64,000 bases of DNA from Deltaproteobacteria bacterium (GTDB lineage Bacteria > Desulfobacterota > Binatia > JACPRU01). Positions within the stretch are counted from its first letter, which is position 1. Every line of letters starts with the position of its first letter. The position numbers were made by a program, and so were the translations under genes. Where the stretch lies: assembly GCA_016189835.1 (NCBI GenBank), contig JACPRU010000078.1:8275-72274 (forward strand), read 5' to 3'. Of the stretch, positions 54,247-63,260 are shown piece after piece. The notes below the pieces were generated by a model that was not told the origin of the DNA, searched no databases, and saw nothing but the letters and a program-made list of their open reading frames with translations.

Positions 54247-56691
54247 GTGCGCAGATTCGTCGAACTCGCGGTGACGTTCCGATACGTCCTCCTCGCCTTC
54301 TGTGCCGCGCTGACGGGATTCTTCGCCTACGTGCTCGTCACCCAATCCAGGCTCTACGACGATCCCAACGACTGGCTGCCGGCGAACAGCGCGATCGGCA
54401 ATCTCAACAATTACATGCAGGAGAAATTCGGCGGCGGCAACCTGGTGACGATCCAGGTGAGCGTCGAGAACGGGGACATCTTCAACGCCGAGACGTTGAA
54501 CAAGGTCAAGCGCATCACCCGGGAGGTCGGCCTCATCTGGGGAGTGATCCCCTACGCGCTGCAGTCCATCGCCGACATCAAGACCAAGTACATGCGGGCC
54601 ACGGAGGAGTTCCTCGACGTGACGCCGCTCCTCGAGCAGGTGCCGCGGACGCCCGAAGAGATGGAGCGGCTCAAGTGGGGCGTCTACCACAATCCGCTCA
54701 TCTACGGGGCGCTCGTCTCTCCGGACGTCAAGTCGACCATCATCCAGGCCGATTTCCGCACCGGCCTCGGATTGTCGAAGAGGAAGGACCTGCCGATCAC
54801 CGACCCCGTCTCCATCTACCGGGCCATCAGCGACATCATCGACAAGGAAAAGGACGCGAATCACGTCATTCAGGCGGCCGGCACGCCGATCATCATCGGC
54901 TGGGTGAACAGCGAGGGGCTGTTGTACATCGCGCTCGCGTTCCTGGCCTTCGTCGGGGGCGTGACCGCGGTCCTCTGGCGCGCGTTCCGCAGCTTCCGCG
55001 GCGCTTTCATCGCCGTGGCTCTCGGGCTCGTGGCCTCGCTGTGGGCGTTCGGCGTGAAGGCGCTCCTCCACGGCCCGGTTCTGGAATCGGCATCGGCGTT
55101 GATCGCGCCGTTCATCGTCGTCGCCGCCGCCGCTTGCCACCACACGCAGTTCTTGAAGCGCTTCTTCGACGAGGAATACCCCAAGGCCGGCGACGCGCGC
55201 CGCGCGATCGTCAACACCTTCACGCCGCTGCTGTTCCCGCTCATGGGCTCGCTGGTGACCGACGTCGTCGCCTTCGTGGTGATGGCGTTCGTGCCGTTCA
55301 AGAACGTCTCCGAGCTCGGCGTCACCGCCACCTACGGCCTCTTGTCGATCGTCTTCAACGTCTTCTTCCTGCAGATCCCCATGCTCGCCGTGTTGCACGG
55401 CTCGCCCCGGGAGATGGCCGCCGTCCGGGCCCGCCACGTCGACAGACGCAAGACCCGCATCGTCCGCCTCCTCGAGGAACTGGTCGAGGATCTCGTCACC
55501 AGGACCCGCCGGGGCAAGGTGATGGTCGCGTGCGTGTTCGGTGCCTTTCTCCTGTCGCTCGCCTGCATCCCGTTCCTCGACCCGGGACAGGACAACACCT
55601 ACGCCATTCACAACTTCCTCACCCGCTCCTGGAGGAACAACGAGATCTTCCAGATGGAGCAGAACATCAAGAAGCATTTCGAGGGCGTCTATCCGCTGAC
55701 CATCCGGATCGACAGCGGCGCGGTGGACGGATTGAAGGAGCCCGAAGTCGAACGCGCGATCGAAGCCTACGAGAACTTCATGCTCCGGCAACCGGGGGTC
55801 AAGGGCGCCCTCGGCCTGCCCGACTACGTCAAGATGATCAATCAGTTCTACGAGGGAGGAGATCCGCGGCACAACCGGCTGCCCGAGGACCCGCAGGCGG
55901 TCGGGCTGGAGCTCGAATACTACCAGGAGGGCTTTCCCGGCAGCTTCGATGCGGTGGCCTCCGTGGACTTCAAGGAGCACGCGCTGCGAGTCTACACGGG
56001 TGACACGAGCCACGGGACCGTTCGGGCAGTCGTCGAGGCCGCGCGACATTATGCCGAGAGCACGTTCAATCGAGGCGAGCTGAGCGCCGAGGTGGGCGGC
56101 GGGGCGGTGGCGATCGCCTACGGCTTCAACGAGAACATCGGCCGCTGGCTGATCCTCGCGACGCTCGCGAGCTTCGTCTCGTCGTTCGTGGTGCTCATAC
56201 CGATCTTCCGGTCGATCGTCGGCCCGGCGCTGTTGTTGCTGCCGCTGGCGCTCGGCACGGTGATCTGGCTCGGCATCGTGTTTCTCTGCGGCATCGAGAT
56301 CAATTCCTTCACGACCGCGGGCATGGCGATGGCGGCGGGGGTGGGAGTCGATGCGGAGCTCTACCTGCTCGGCCGCTTTCGCGAGGAGTACGCGGCGAGC
56401 GGCGATTTCCAGGCGGCGCTCAAGGAGGGATTCGTCAAGGTGCGGGAGGCGCTCAGTTATTCGTACGTCGGACTGATCGCCGGGTGTTGGACTTTGATCC
56501 CGATCCCACTGTACGTGGGGTATCTCGGATTCGGCATGGGGCTCATCCTTCTCGTCTGCTTCCTCTGCAGCTTCGTCGTATCGCCGTTTCTCTGGAGCGT
56601 CTTGCAACCGAAGTTCCTGCTTCCGACCGTTGGGCGCGAAGCGGAACCGGATCTCACACCGATTGCCCGCGAAGGGGGAAGGAGGTCGTGA
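54247..56691 (+). CDS. MMPL/RND-superfamily transporter, copy 2
   Basis: 814 aa. GTG 54247 follows GGGAGG. Same architecture as copy 1 (FGGGNLVTIQVSV, AAGTPIIIGW, MAAGVGVDAELYLLGR). The stop shares one base with the next start (TGATG). Confidence 0.8.
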   Translation: MRRFVELAVTFRYVLLAFCAALTGFFAYVLVTQSRLYDDPNDWLPANSAIGNLNNYMQEKFGGGNLVTIQVSVENGDIFNAETLNKVKRITREVGLIWGVIPYALQSIADIKTKYMRATEEFLDVTPLLEQVPRTPEEMERLKWGVYHNPLIYGALVSPDVKSTIIQADFRTGLGLSKRKDLPITDPVSIYRAISDIIDKEKDANHVIQAAGTPIIIGWVNSEGLLYIALAFLAFVGGVTAVLWRAFRSFRGAFIAVALGLVASLWAFGVKALLHGPVLESASALIAPFIVVAAAACHHTQFLKRFFDEEYPKAGDARRAIVNTFTPLLFPLMGSLVTDVVAFVVMAFVPFKNVSELGVTATYGLLSIVFNVFFLQIPMLAVLHGSPREMAAVRARHVDRRKTRIVRLLEELVEDLVTRTRRGKVMVACVFGAFLLSLACIPFLDPGQDNTYAIHNFLTRSWRNNEIFQMEQNIKKHFEGVYPLTIRIDSGAVDGLKEPEVERAIEAYENFMLRQPGVKGALGLPDYVKMINQFYEGGDPRHNRLPEDPQAVGLELEYYQEGFPGSFDAVASVDFKEHALRVYTGDTSHGTVRAVVEAARHYAESTFNRGELSAEVGGGAVAIAYGFNENIGRWLILATLASFVSSFVVLIPIFRSIVGPALLLLPLALGTVIWLGIVFLCGIEINSFTTAGMAMAAGVGVDAELYLLGRFREEYAASGDFQAALKEGFVKVREALSYSYVGLIAGCWTLIPIPLYVGYLGFGMGLILLVCFLCSFVVSPFLWSVLQPKFLLPTVGREAEPDLTPIAREGGRRS

Positions 56692-58385
56692 TGTTGGCGC
56701 ACAGGTGCTCGTCAAGCGGCATTGGGCTGGTGCTCATCGCCGGTCTGCTCGTGGCCTGCCCTCGATGGTCCTGGGCGGCGGCTCCCGCCGAAGCCGCCGC
56801 GGTCGGATCGCCGCGATTTCTGGCGCCCGGGGAGGTTCGTCCGTCGTTCCGGGACCTCGCCGACAAGGCGCGAGACCCGGTCGAGTCTCTCCACCTCAAC
56901 GCCTGGGTGTTCAACGAGATGCTGATGCGAGCCAGCTCGCCGCGGGTCGGCAGCATCTTCAGCCAGCGCAACGAGTTCAACCTGCAGGCGAGCTACGCCG
57001 TCAACGACAACCTGAAGCTCTATACGTGGATCCGCCCGTATTACGACAGCATCTACGACTGGCACGGCGGGTCGCTGACCGGTCGAAACGGCGCTACGCT
57101 GCGCTCCGACTGGCAGGACAGCTTGAACTGGGACAACGAGAAGGACCCGGTGTTCCGCGAGGTCTACGCCGACGTCGTCTACGGCGACTTCTGGGGCCGT
57201 TTCGGGCGCCAGATCGTCGCCTGGGGAAAATCGGACGGGATCTTCCTCCTCGACAACATCAGTCCGTTCAATTTCCGCGAGCCGCAGCGCTTTCAGGAGC
57301 AGGAGATCAAGATCCCGCAGTGGATGCTGAACTTCAATTACCGGTTCGGCACGTTCGGCACCGCCCAGCTGATCTGGGTTCCCAAGCCGGAGTTCGCATC
57401 CTACCCGGGGATCGGGCCGCTGAAGCGATTCACCGGCGGGCCGAATTGCGAGCACGACCTCGAATTCAGCTCCACCTGCCTCGTGAACCAGCTGTTCGTG
57501 ACCTTCGACGAGTTCTTCAAGGCGAACGGGATCGTCGGCGCCGACGGCAAGCTCGGCTATCCCTTCCCGAACACGAGCAAGCCTCCGTCCCGTCTCGAGA
57601 ACAGCGCCGTGATGGCCCGCTTCGACTCCTCGCTCGGCCAGCTCAACTACAGCCTGGCGTACGAGTACAAGTACAACTGGTTCTTGCAGGACCTGCCGGA
57701 CGTGGGTGACCACGAGGGCACCGTCGGCCGAGGCACCGCGGCGCTCGGCATCGGCAACGTGCGCCGGGCGCAACGCATCCACATCATCGGCGGCGCCGCC
57801 GACTACCAGTTCCCGTGGCTGCCGCCGTTCGGAGAGAACACCGTCATGCGCGTCGAGACCGGCATGTTCCTGAACGACATGTTCTTCCTGCCGGACACTT
57901 CGGGATCGGAGAAGAACCACTATCAGGTCATGATCGGGGTGGACAAATTCTTCACGGACCCCGAGTGGTTGAACTTCCCGGCGCTCGGCCTCGGATCGAG
58001 CGGCGTATCCTGGTTCTTCAGCATGCAGGTCTTCTCCGACTTCATCATTCGTCCGGACCACTGGAAGAACGCCTACTGGACGGGCGGCACGAACAACTTC
58101 GATTTCGAGACGCTGCAAGCGACCAACGGGCTGCGCGACGCGACCCAGCAGTACATCACGTTCTTCCTCGGCAAGGATCTGCTGCCCGACCAGTCGCTGA
58201 ACCTGGAGGAGTTCGTGCTCATCGATCCGAACTTCGGCAACGTCTGGGAGCACATCCAGTTCAAGTACATGTTCAGCGACTTCGTGAGCTTGGCGATCGG
58301 ATACAATCGCAACTGGGGGCGTGAGAGCGAGCCGTTCGGGTCGAACCCGGACTACATGTGGACGCAGTTCACCTTCGGGATCTAG
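56691..58385 (+). CDS. DUF1302-family outer-membrane beta-barrel protein
   Basis: 564 aa from ATG 56691 with a signal peptide (GLVLIAGLLVACPRWSWA). The GRFGRQIVAWGKSDG motif and the aromatic C-terminus WTQFTFGI are typical of DUF1302 barrels. Confidence 0.75.
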   Translation: MLAHRCSSSGIGLVLIAGLLVACPRWSWAAAPAEAAAVGSPRFLAPGEVRPSFRDLADKARDPVESLHLNAWVFNEMLMRASSPRVGSIFSQRNEFNLQASYAVNDNLKLYTWIRPYYDSIYDWHGGSLTGRNGATLRSDWQDSLNWDNEKDPVFREVYADVVYGDFWGRFGRQIVAWGKSDGIFLLDNISPFNFREPQRFQEQEIKIPQWMLNFNYRFGTFGTAQLIWVPKPEFASYPGIGPLKRFTGGPNCEHDLEFSSTCLVNQLFVTFDEFFKANGIVGADGKLGYPFPNTSKPPSRLENSAVMARFDSSLGQLNYSLAYEYKYNWFLQDLPDVGDHEGTVGRGTAALGIGNVRRAQRIHIIGGAADYQFPWLPPFGENTVMRVETGMFLNDMFFLPDTSGSEKNHYQVMIGVDKFFTDPEWLNFPALGLGSSGVSWFFSMQVFSDFIIRPDHWKNAYWTGGTNNFDFETLQATNGLRDATQQYITFFLGKDLLPDQSLNLEEFVLIDPNFGNVWEHIQFKYMFSDFVSLAIGYNRNWGRESEPFGSNPDYMWTQFTFGI

Positions 58386-58399
58386 GCGGGGAAGCGCTC

Positions 58400-60496
58400 G
58401 TGAAGCAGGGGTATCGCGAGAGCGAGCCGTTGCTGCGGTCGATTCCGGGCGGCGCCGGCGAGCCTCGCATCGAGGCCGCGCCGCCGGCGAATCCCGGGAT
58501 GCCGCCCCATCCTGGGTGGTGGGCCGGCACCTGGGCCGTGCTCGTCAAGGAGATCCGCGAGATGGGCCGCTCTCCCCTGCTCCATCTCCTCGGAGCCGTG
58601 TTCCTCGGCCTGGCGGGATACTTCTTCTACACCGATCTCCTGTACTTCGATCTCATGAACCAGGATGGCGCAGGCCTGATGCAAGGCCTGTGGCAGCGGT
58701 ACTTCGAGGACATCCGGCTCTGCCTGCTGACGATCCTGCCCGTGCTCGGGGCACGGGCATTTGCCGAGGAGAAGCGCCGCGGCACGATGGAGATGCTCTT
58801 GACCTATCCGCTCGGCGAGGGACAGCTGGTCGCCGGGAAGTTCCTCGCGCTGCTGATCGTCCTGCTCCCGCTGCTCGGCATCACGCTCACCTACCCCTTC
58901 GTCCTCGGCCTCATCTGGCCCGTCGATCCCCGGCCGCTGGTCGCCGCCTACCTGGGCGTGACCTTGCTGGCCGTCGCCTGCCTCAGCCTCGGAATGCTGT
59001 GCTCCGCGCTGGCCCGCCAGCAGTCCGCGGCGGCGCTCGCGGCATTCGGCGTGCTCTCCTTCCTGTGGTTTCTCAACTGGAACGAATTCGCGGCGAGCCC
59101 GGCGATCGCGAACGTGTTGCAGCGCCTGTCGCTGTTCGACCGCTTCTACGATTTCAGCCGCGGCACCGTGCGCAGCGCGGACGTCGCCTACTTCCTGATG
59201 ATCACCGCGGGCCTGTCGTTCGCCGCCCGCGAGACGCTGCGCTGGCCGTGGCATCGACGGCGGCCCGCCCGGGTCCTGAGGATCGCGCTCGTCGCCGCGA
59301 TCGCCATCGGCTTCGATCAGCTCGTGCTCCGCCGTGGTCCGACCTGGGAGCTGTCGAGAGAGGCCGACGCGACGTTGGCGGCGCACGCCGCCCGAGCGCT
59401 GGCCGGGGTCGAGACCGCGGTCGAATTGACGTTCTTCTACGAGCCGGGCCGCTACTCCGAGACCGAATTCTTCGCCGACCGCTACCGCCGCGCCTCGCCG
59501 CGGATCGCCGTCCGTCTGGCGGACCTGGACCGCGAGCCGTCGCTGGCGCGACGGTACCGGGTCACGGCGTACGGCGAGGTCGTCGTTCGCTCCGGCGAGC
59601 GCTGGACCGTGGTCGACGAGGCGAGCGACGGCGCGATCGTCCGCGCGGTGCTCGACGTGACGGACCCCAAGCCGCGCGTGGTCTGCGCGACGACCGGGCA
59701 CGGCGAAAGCGAGATCTTCGCCGCCGGCCGCGCCGAGGGAGAACAGCCGAGATCCGTCGGCGAGCTGCTCGAACGAATCGGCTACCGCTGGCGCGAGCTG
59801 GCCCTCGACGCCGCTCCGGGCGGAGCGGCCGATTGCGGCATCGTCCTGGCGAACGGTCCGAAGAGAGACTTCACAGCGGCCGAGGTCGACGGGGTCGCGG
59901 CGTTCGTCGGCGGCGGCGGCGCCGCGCTGCTGCTGCTCGATCCGCTGGACACGCCGAATCTCGCGGGTCTCGCCGGGCGTTACGGCGTCGTTCTCGGCGA
60001 CCGGGTGTCGGCGGATGGGTCGTCTCGCCTGTACCGCAACGACCGCTACACGCTGGCCGCAACCGGCGGACTGGAGTCCGCCGGCCGCCGCCACTTTGCG
60101 GCGGTCCTCTACGACGCTCGCCAGATCGGCATCGCCGGGGACGGCGCGGAGCCACGGGGGTTCCCGTTTCTCCACTACCGCTCGCCCCGCCGCGGCGAGG
60201 TGCCGCTGGCGGCGGCGATCGGGCGCAACGGCGCCGACGGCGGGGTGATCGTCGTCGGGGACTCCGATTTCCTCGATGGGCGCCTGTTCACGCGGATGAG
60301 CAGCCAGGACCTGTTCGTGGAGATGGTGCAATGGCTGGCGCGGCCGGACGAGCTTCCCCGCGACCGCGGGGCGCGCGATCGATTCGCCCCGTTGACCGAG
60401 CGACAGGCGCGGATCTGCCTCGGGACGGCGATGATGCCGGCGATCGTCTTTTTCGGCGTCGGCGGCGCGCGATGGTGGCGCAGGCGATGGACCTAG
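58400..60496 (+). CDS. fusion of an ABC-2 (GldF-like) permease and a GldG-like auxiliary domain
   Basis: The N-terminal ~290 aa is a 6-TM ABC-2 permease (AEEKRRGTMEMLLTYPL). An extra TM follows. The GldG-like domain has TFFYEPG, VVCATTGHGE and VVVGDSDFL plus a terminal TM with WWRRRW. GTG 58400 follows GGGGAAG; the start is uncertain. Confidence 0.7.
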   Translation: MKQGYRESEPLLRSIPGGAGEPRIEAAPPANPGMPPHPGWWAGTWAVLVKEIREMGRSPLLHLLGAVFLGLAGYFFYTDLLYFDLMNQDGAGLMQGLWQRYFEDIRLCLLTILPVLGARAFAEEKRRGTMEMLLTYPLGEGQLVAGKFLALLIVLLPLLGITLTYPFVLGLIWPVDPRPLVAAYLGVTLLAVACLSLGMLCSALARQQSAAALAAFGVLSFLWFLNWNEFAASPAIANVLQRLSLFDRFYDFSRGTVRSADVAYFLMITAGLSFAARETLRWPWHRRRPARVLRIALVAAIAIGFDQLVLRRGPTWELSREADATLAAHAARALAGVETAVELTFFYEPGRYSETEFFADRYRRASPRIAVRLADLDREPSLARRYRVTAYGEVVVRSGERWTVVDEASDGAIVRAVLDVTDPKPRVVCATTGHGESEIFAAGRAEGEQPRSVGELLERIGYRWRELALDAAPGGAADCGIVLANGPKRDFTAAEVDGVAAFVGGGGAALLLLDPLDTPNLAGLAGRYGVVLGDRVSADGSSRLYRNDRYTLAATGGLESAGRRHFAAVLYDARQIGIAGDGAEPRGFPFLHYRSPRRGEVPLAAAIGRNGADGGVIVVGDSDFLDGRLFTRMSSQDLFVEMVQWLARPDELPRDRGARDRFAPLTERQARICLGTAMMPAIVFFGVGGARWWRRRWT

Positions 60497-60557
60497 CGGA
60501 GCAGAGTGGAATGGACTCGACCGGAGCCCCTCCTCGGGCTCCGCGGGCGGCCGCCGA

Positions 60558-61121
60558 ATGAAGACGAACGCCGCTTTGTGCCTCCTCGCCGCGCTGCTGG
60601 CGGTGCTCGCCTACCGGGATGCGGCCGGCCCGCGGCCCGCCGAGGAGCGCTCGCCCCCGACGCGCGGCGCCGCGATGGGAGAGCCGCTGCTGCGGCTGCA
60701 GCGCCCCCGGGTCACCGCGATCGACGTCCGCGACGGGCGAGACTGTCTGGTGGCCCGAGCGACGGCGCCAAGCGGCGCCGCGCAGAGCGAACTGGCGGCG
60801 CTGGCCGATCTGCTGGCCGGGACCAGGACGATCCGCCGTTTTCCACCCGCCGCGGACTGGAGCGCGTACGGGCTCGACGAGCCGAGGATGCGCATCGAAG
60901 TGTCGCAGAGCGGCGACGAGCGTTTCCAGGAGATCGCGATCGGCGACGTCGCTCCGACCGGGACCTCGGTGTACGCGCGCCGAGATCGCGGAGAAGAGGT
61001 GCTGGTCGTCGGCCGCTATTTCCTGCAGCAGCTGGAACTGGCCGTGCCGCAGCTCCAGGAACGCGACCTCGGGACCGCTCGCCCCTGTACTCCGGACATC
61101 GTCCGGTCGAGGGCGTCGTGA
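60558..61121 (+). CDS. DUF4340-like periplasmic protein (N-terminal anchor)
   Basis: 187 aa with an N-terminal hydrophobic anchor. WSAYGLDEPRMRIEV...IAIGDVAPTGTSVYARR resembles DUF4340 repeats, which typically follow GldG genes. Confidence 0.6.
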   Translation: MKTNAALCLLAALLAVLAYRDAAGPRPAEERSPPTRGAAMGEPLLRLQRPRVTAIDVRDGRDCLVARATAPSGAAQSELAALADLLAGTRTIRRFPPAADWSAYGLDEPRMRIEVSQSGDERFQEIAIGDVAPTGTSVYARRDRGEEVLVVGRYFLQQLELAVPQLQERDLGTARPCTPDIVRSRAS

Positions 61122-61897
61122 ACGATCCCATCGTCGAGCTCGAATCGGCAACCAAGGTCTTCGGCGGGGTCGCCGCCGTGAACGACGTGTCGCTTCGCAT
61201 CGACGCCGGAGAGGTGATCGGTCTGGTCGGACCCAATGGGTCGGGGAAGACGACGCTGATGCGTCTTCTGTGCGCCTACTTTCCCCCCACCCGCGGCAGC
61301 GTTCGAGTCGCCGGCCACGACACGCGCGACGCTCGCGCCGAGGTGCGTCGCCGCGTCGGCTACGCGCCGCAAGGGGTGTCGCTGTACCCCGACCTCAGTG
61401 TGTACGATTTTCTGTCGTTCGTCGCGAGCGTGAAGCACGCGGGGCCCGCGCAGCTCGGCTACGTGGTCGAGCGTTGCGGGCTCGGGCCGCGGATGCAGCA
61501 GCGGATCGACACCCTTTCGAAGGGCTACCGCCAGCGAGTCGTCCTGGCGCAGGCGATGCTCGGAGATTCGCCGGTCCTGCTGCTGGATGAGCCGACGATG
61601 GGCCTCGATCCGGAGGCGGCCATCGAAGTGCGGGCCTGGATCCGCTCCTTCCGGGGGAACCGCACCGTGGTCCTCACGACGCATTCCTTGAACGAGGCGA
61701 TCGTCCTCTGCGACCGGATCCTCGTGCTGGACCGGGGAAGCATTCTCGCGCAGGGCCGGCCGCGAGATCTGTTTCCCGGACGGGTCGGGGTCTCGACGCT
61801 CGAGGACGAGCTCGTTCGACTGTTTCAGTCTCGCTCGCGCGCGGAACGGGTCGTAACCAGTCTCACAGTTCAGTCGAGGATGGAGGATAGACCATGA
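61118..61897 (+). CDS. ABC transporter ATP-binding protein (ABC-2/GldA-like)
   Basis: 259 aa. GTG 61118 overlaps the upstream TGA (GTGA). Walker A GPNGSGKTT, signature LSKGYRQR and Walker B LLLDEPT are present. Confidence 0.85.
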   Translation: MNDPIVELESATKVFGGVAAVNDVSLRIDAGEVIGLVGPNGSGKTTLMRLLCAYFPPTRGSVRVAGHDTRDARAEVRRRVGYAPQGVSLYPDLSVYDFLSFVASVKHAGPAQLGYVVERCGLGPRMQQRIDTLSKGYRQRVVLAQAMLGDSPVLLLDEPTMGLDPEAAIEVRAWIRSFRGNRTVVLTTHSLNEAIVLCDRILVLDRGSILAQGRPRDLFPGRVGVSTLEDELVRLFQSRSRAERVVTSLTVQSRMEDRP

Positions 61898-63153
61898 GAA
61901 CGATGGGTCACAGGCGATCGTCAGGCATCCTGCTCGCGGCCGCGGTGGCAGTTGGGCTGCTGGCCCTGCCGCCGGCAGGCCGGACCGAGGAGGCGAAACC
62001 CGCGGGCGGTGGGGAGGTCGTGTACTCGAAGACCGTGCTCGGCAAGGAGTACCGGATCGAGCGCATCGCGGGGGAAAAGGGAGCGTATCGGGTGTCCTGG
62101 GGGCAGGAGACGACGAAGTGGGAGCCCAAGCCCTACTACGAGAACGAGGTCAACGAGAAGGGCCCGATGTTCTACGTCGAGTACTCCGAGGCGATGAAGA
62201 AGCTCTTCCCGTACAACGTCCCGCTCGAGGAGCGCGAGAAGTTCACCGCCTTCGACGTGCAGAACTCCGGGGCGTTCTTCGCTCCGTTCGTGAACGGAGG
62301 CCTCGACCTTCAGGACATGTTCGAGGGACACCTCTACTCGCCCACCGGCTACCGGCGCGACAAGACCGGGTTCGAGTACAACAAGTGGTTTCTCGAGGGG
62401 CGGACGCGCGGTGTCTGGGATCCCAACGACACCAGCGGCCAGCCCTACCGGAAGTACATCTTCGTGTTCCGGTCTCCGCGCGACCTCGCGAAGGTGGGGT
62501 TCCTGCAGATCCAGTATCAGGGCCAGAAGGAGGACGACAACCTGCTCTACGTCCCCACCGTGCGGAAGGTCCGCCGCCTGGCGACCGCGAACCGCCAGGA
62601 CGCGACCGGCGGCCTGGTGCTCCGCCAGGAGCAGAACGCGCTGATGACGCCGATTCACAACTACAAGATGATCGGCAGCCAGCTGCTGCGCCTGGCCGAG
62701 ACCGACCCGGGCCTGGGCTTCGAGGGGACCGAAGACCAGGGCACTCCCTCCAACGACGCCAAGCGCATCGACGGCATGGCCGAACCCTGCTGGGTCTACG
62801 AGACCACGCCTTTCCGACCGGACTGGTGGTTCGCCCGCCAGGTCAACTACGTGGGCATCTTCAGCATGGCCTCGTGGCGGACGGATTCCTTCGATGCCAA
62901 CGGCCGTCTCATCCAACGCTTGATGTGGTTCCAGACGCTGTCGCCGCCCGGAGACGACTCCCGGGGAGTCCCGCAGACCGGCCGAAAGACGTTCCTGGCG
63001 TGGGGACCCGCCCCCGTGAAGGACTACACTACCGGCTTCCTGACCATCTTCTTCCCGAGCCAGCGCACGGTCAACCCGAATCTTCCCGACAGCATGTACA
63101 ACACCAACACCCTGATCGAGGAGCCGAAGGTCATCGATTTCTATCGGAGGTGA
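61894..63153 (+). CDS. DUF1329-family (LolA-like) periplasmic/outer-membrane lipoprotein-sorting-fold protein
   Basis: 419 aa. The ATGA overlap with the ATPase stop suggests coupling. A signal peptide is present. LLYVPTVRKVRRLATANRQDATGG matches the conserved DUF1329 core. Confidence 0.75.
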   Translation: MRTMGHRRSSGILLAAAVAVGLLALPPAGRTEEAKPAGGGEVVYSKTVLGKEYRIERIAGEKGAYRVSWGQETTKWEPKPYYENEVNEKGPMFYVEYSEAMKKLFPYNVPLEEREKFTAFDVQNSGAFFAPFVNGGLDLQDMFEGHLYSPTGYRRDKTGFEYNKWFLEGRTRGVWDPNDTSGQPYRKYIFVFRSPRDLAKVGFLQIQYQGQKEDDNLLYVPTVRKVRRLATANRQDATGGLVLRQEQNALMTPIHNYKMIGSQLLRLAETDPGLGFEGTEDQGTPSNDAKRIDGMAEPCWVYETTPFRPDWWFARQVNYVGIFSMASWRTDSFDANGRLIQRLMWFQTLSPPGDDSRGVPQTGRKTFLAWGPAPVKDYTTGFLTIFFPSQRTVNPNLPDSMYNTNTLIEEPKVIDFYRR

Positions 63154-63260
63154 ACGCCGGTCTCGGGAGCCATCGTGGGGCGGGGGGCGTCTCCCCCGCC
63201 CTCTCGCGGTCCGGCGACCGTCGCGGTCTGTCACTCGCCGTCGAGTAGGGAGAAGGCCAT

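Noticed and set aside
54097-56715. 872-aa minus-strand ORF covering RND transporter 2
   Set aside because: Same reasoning: it is antisense to a well-supported gene and its composition is biased (R/D/E/H/P runs).
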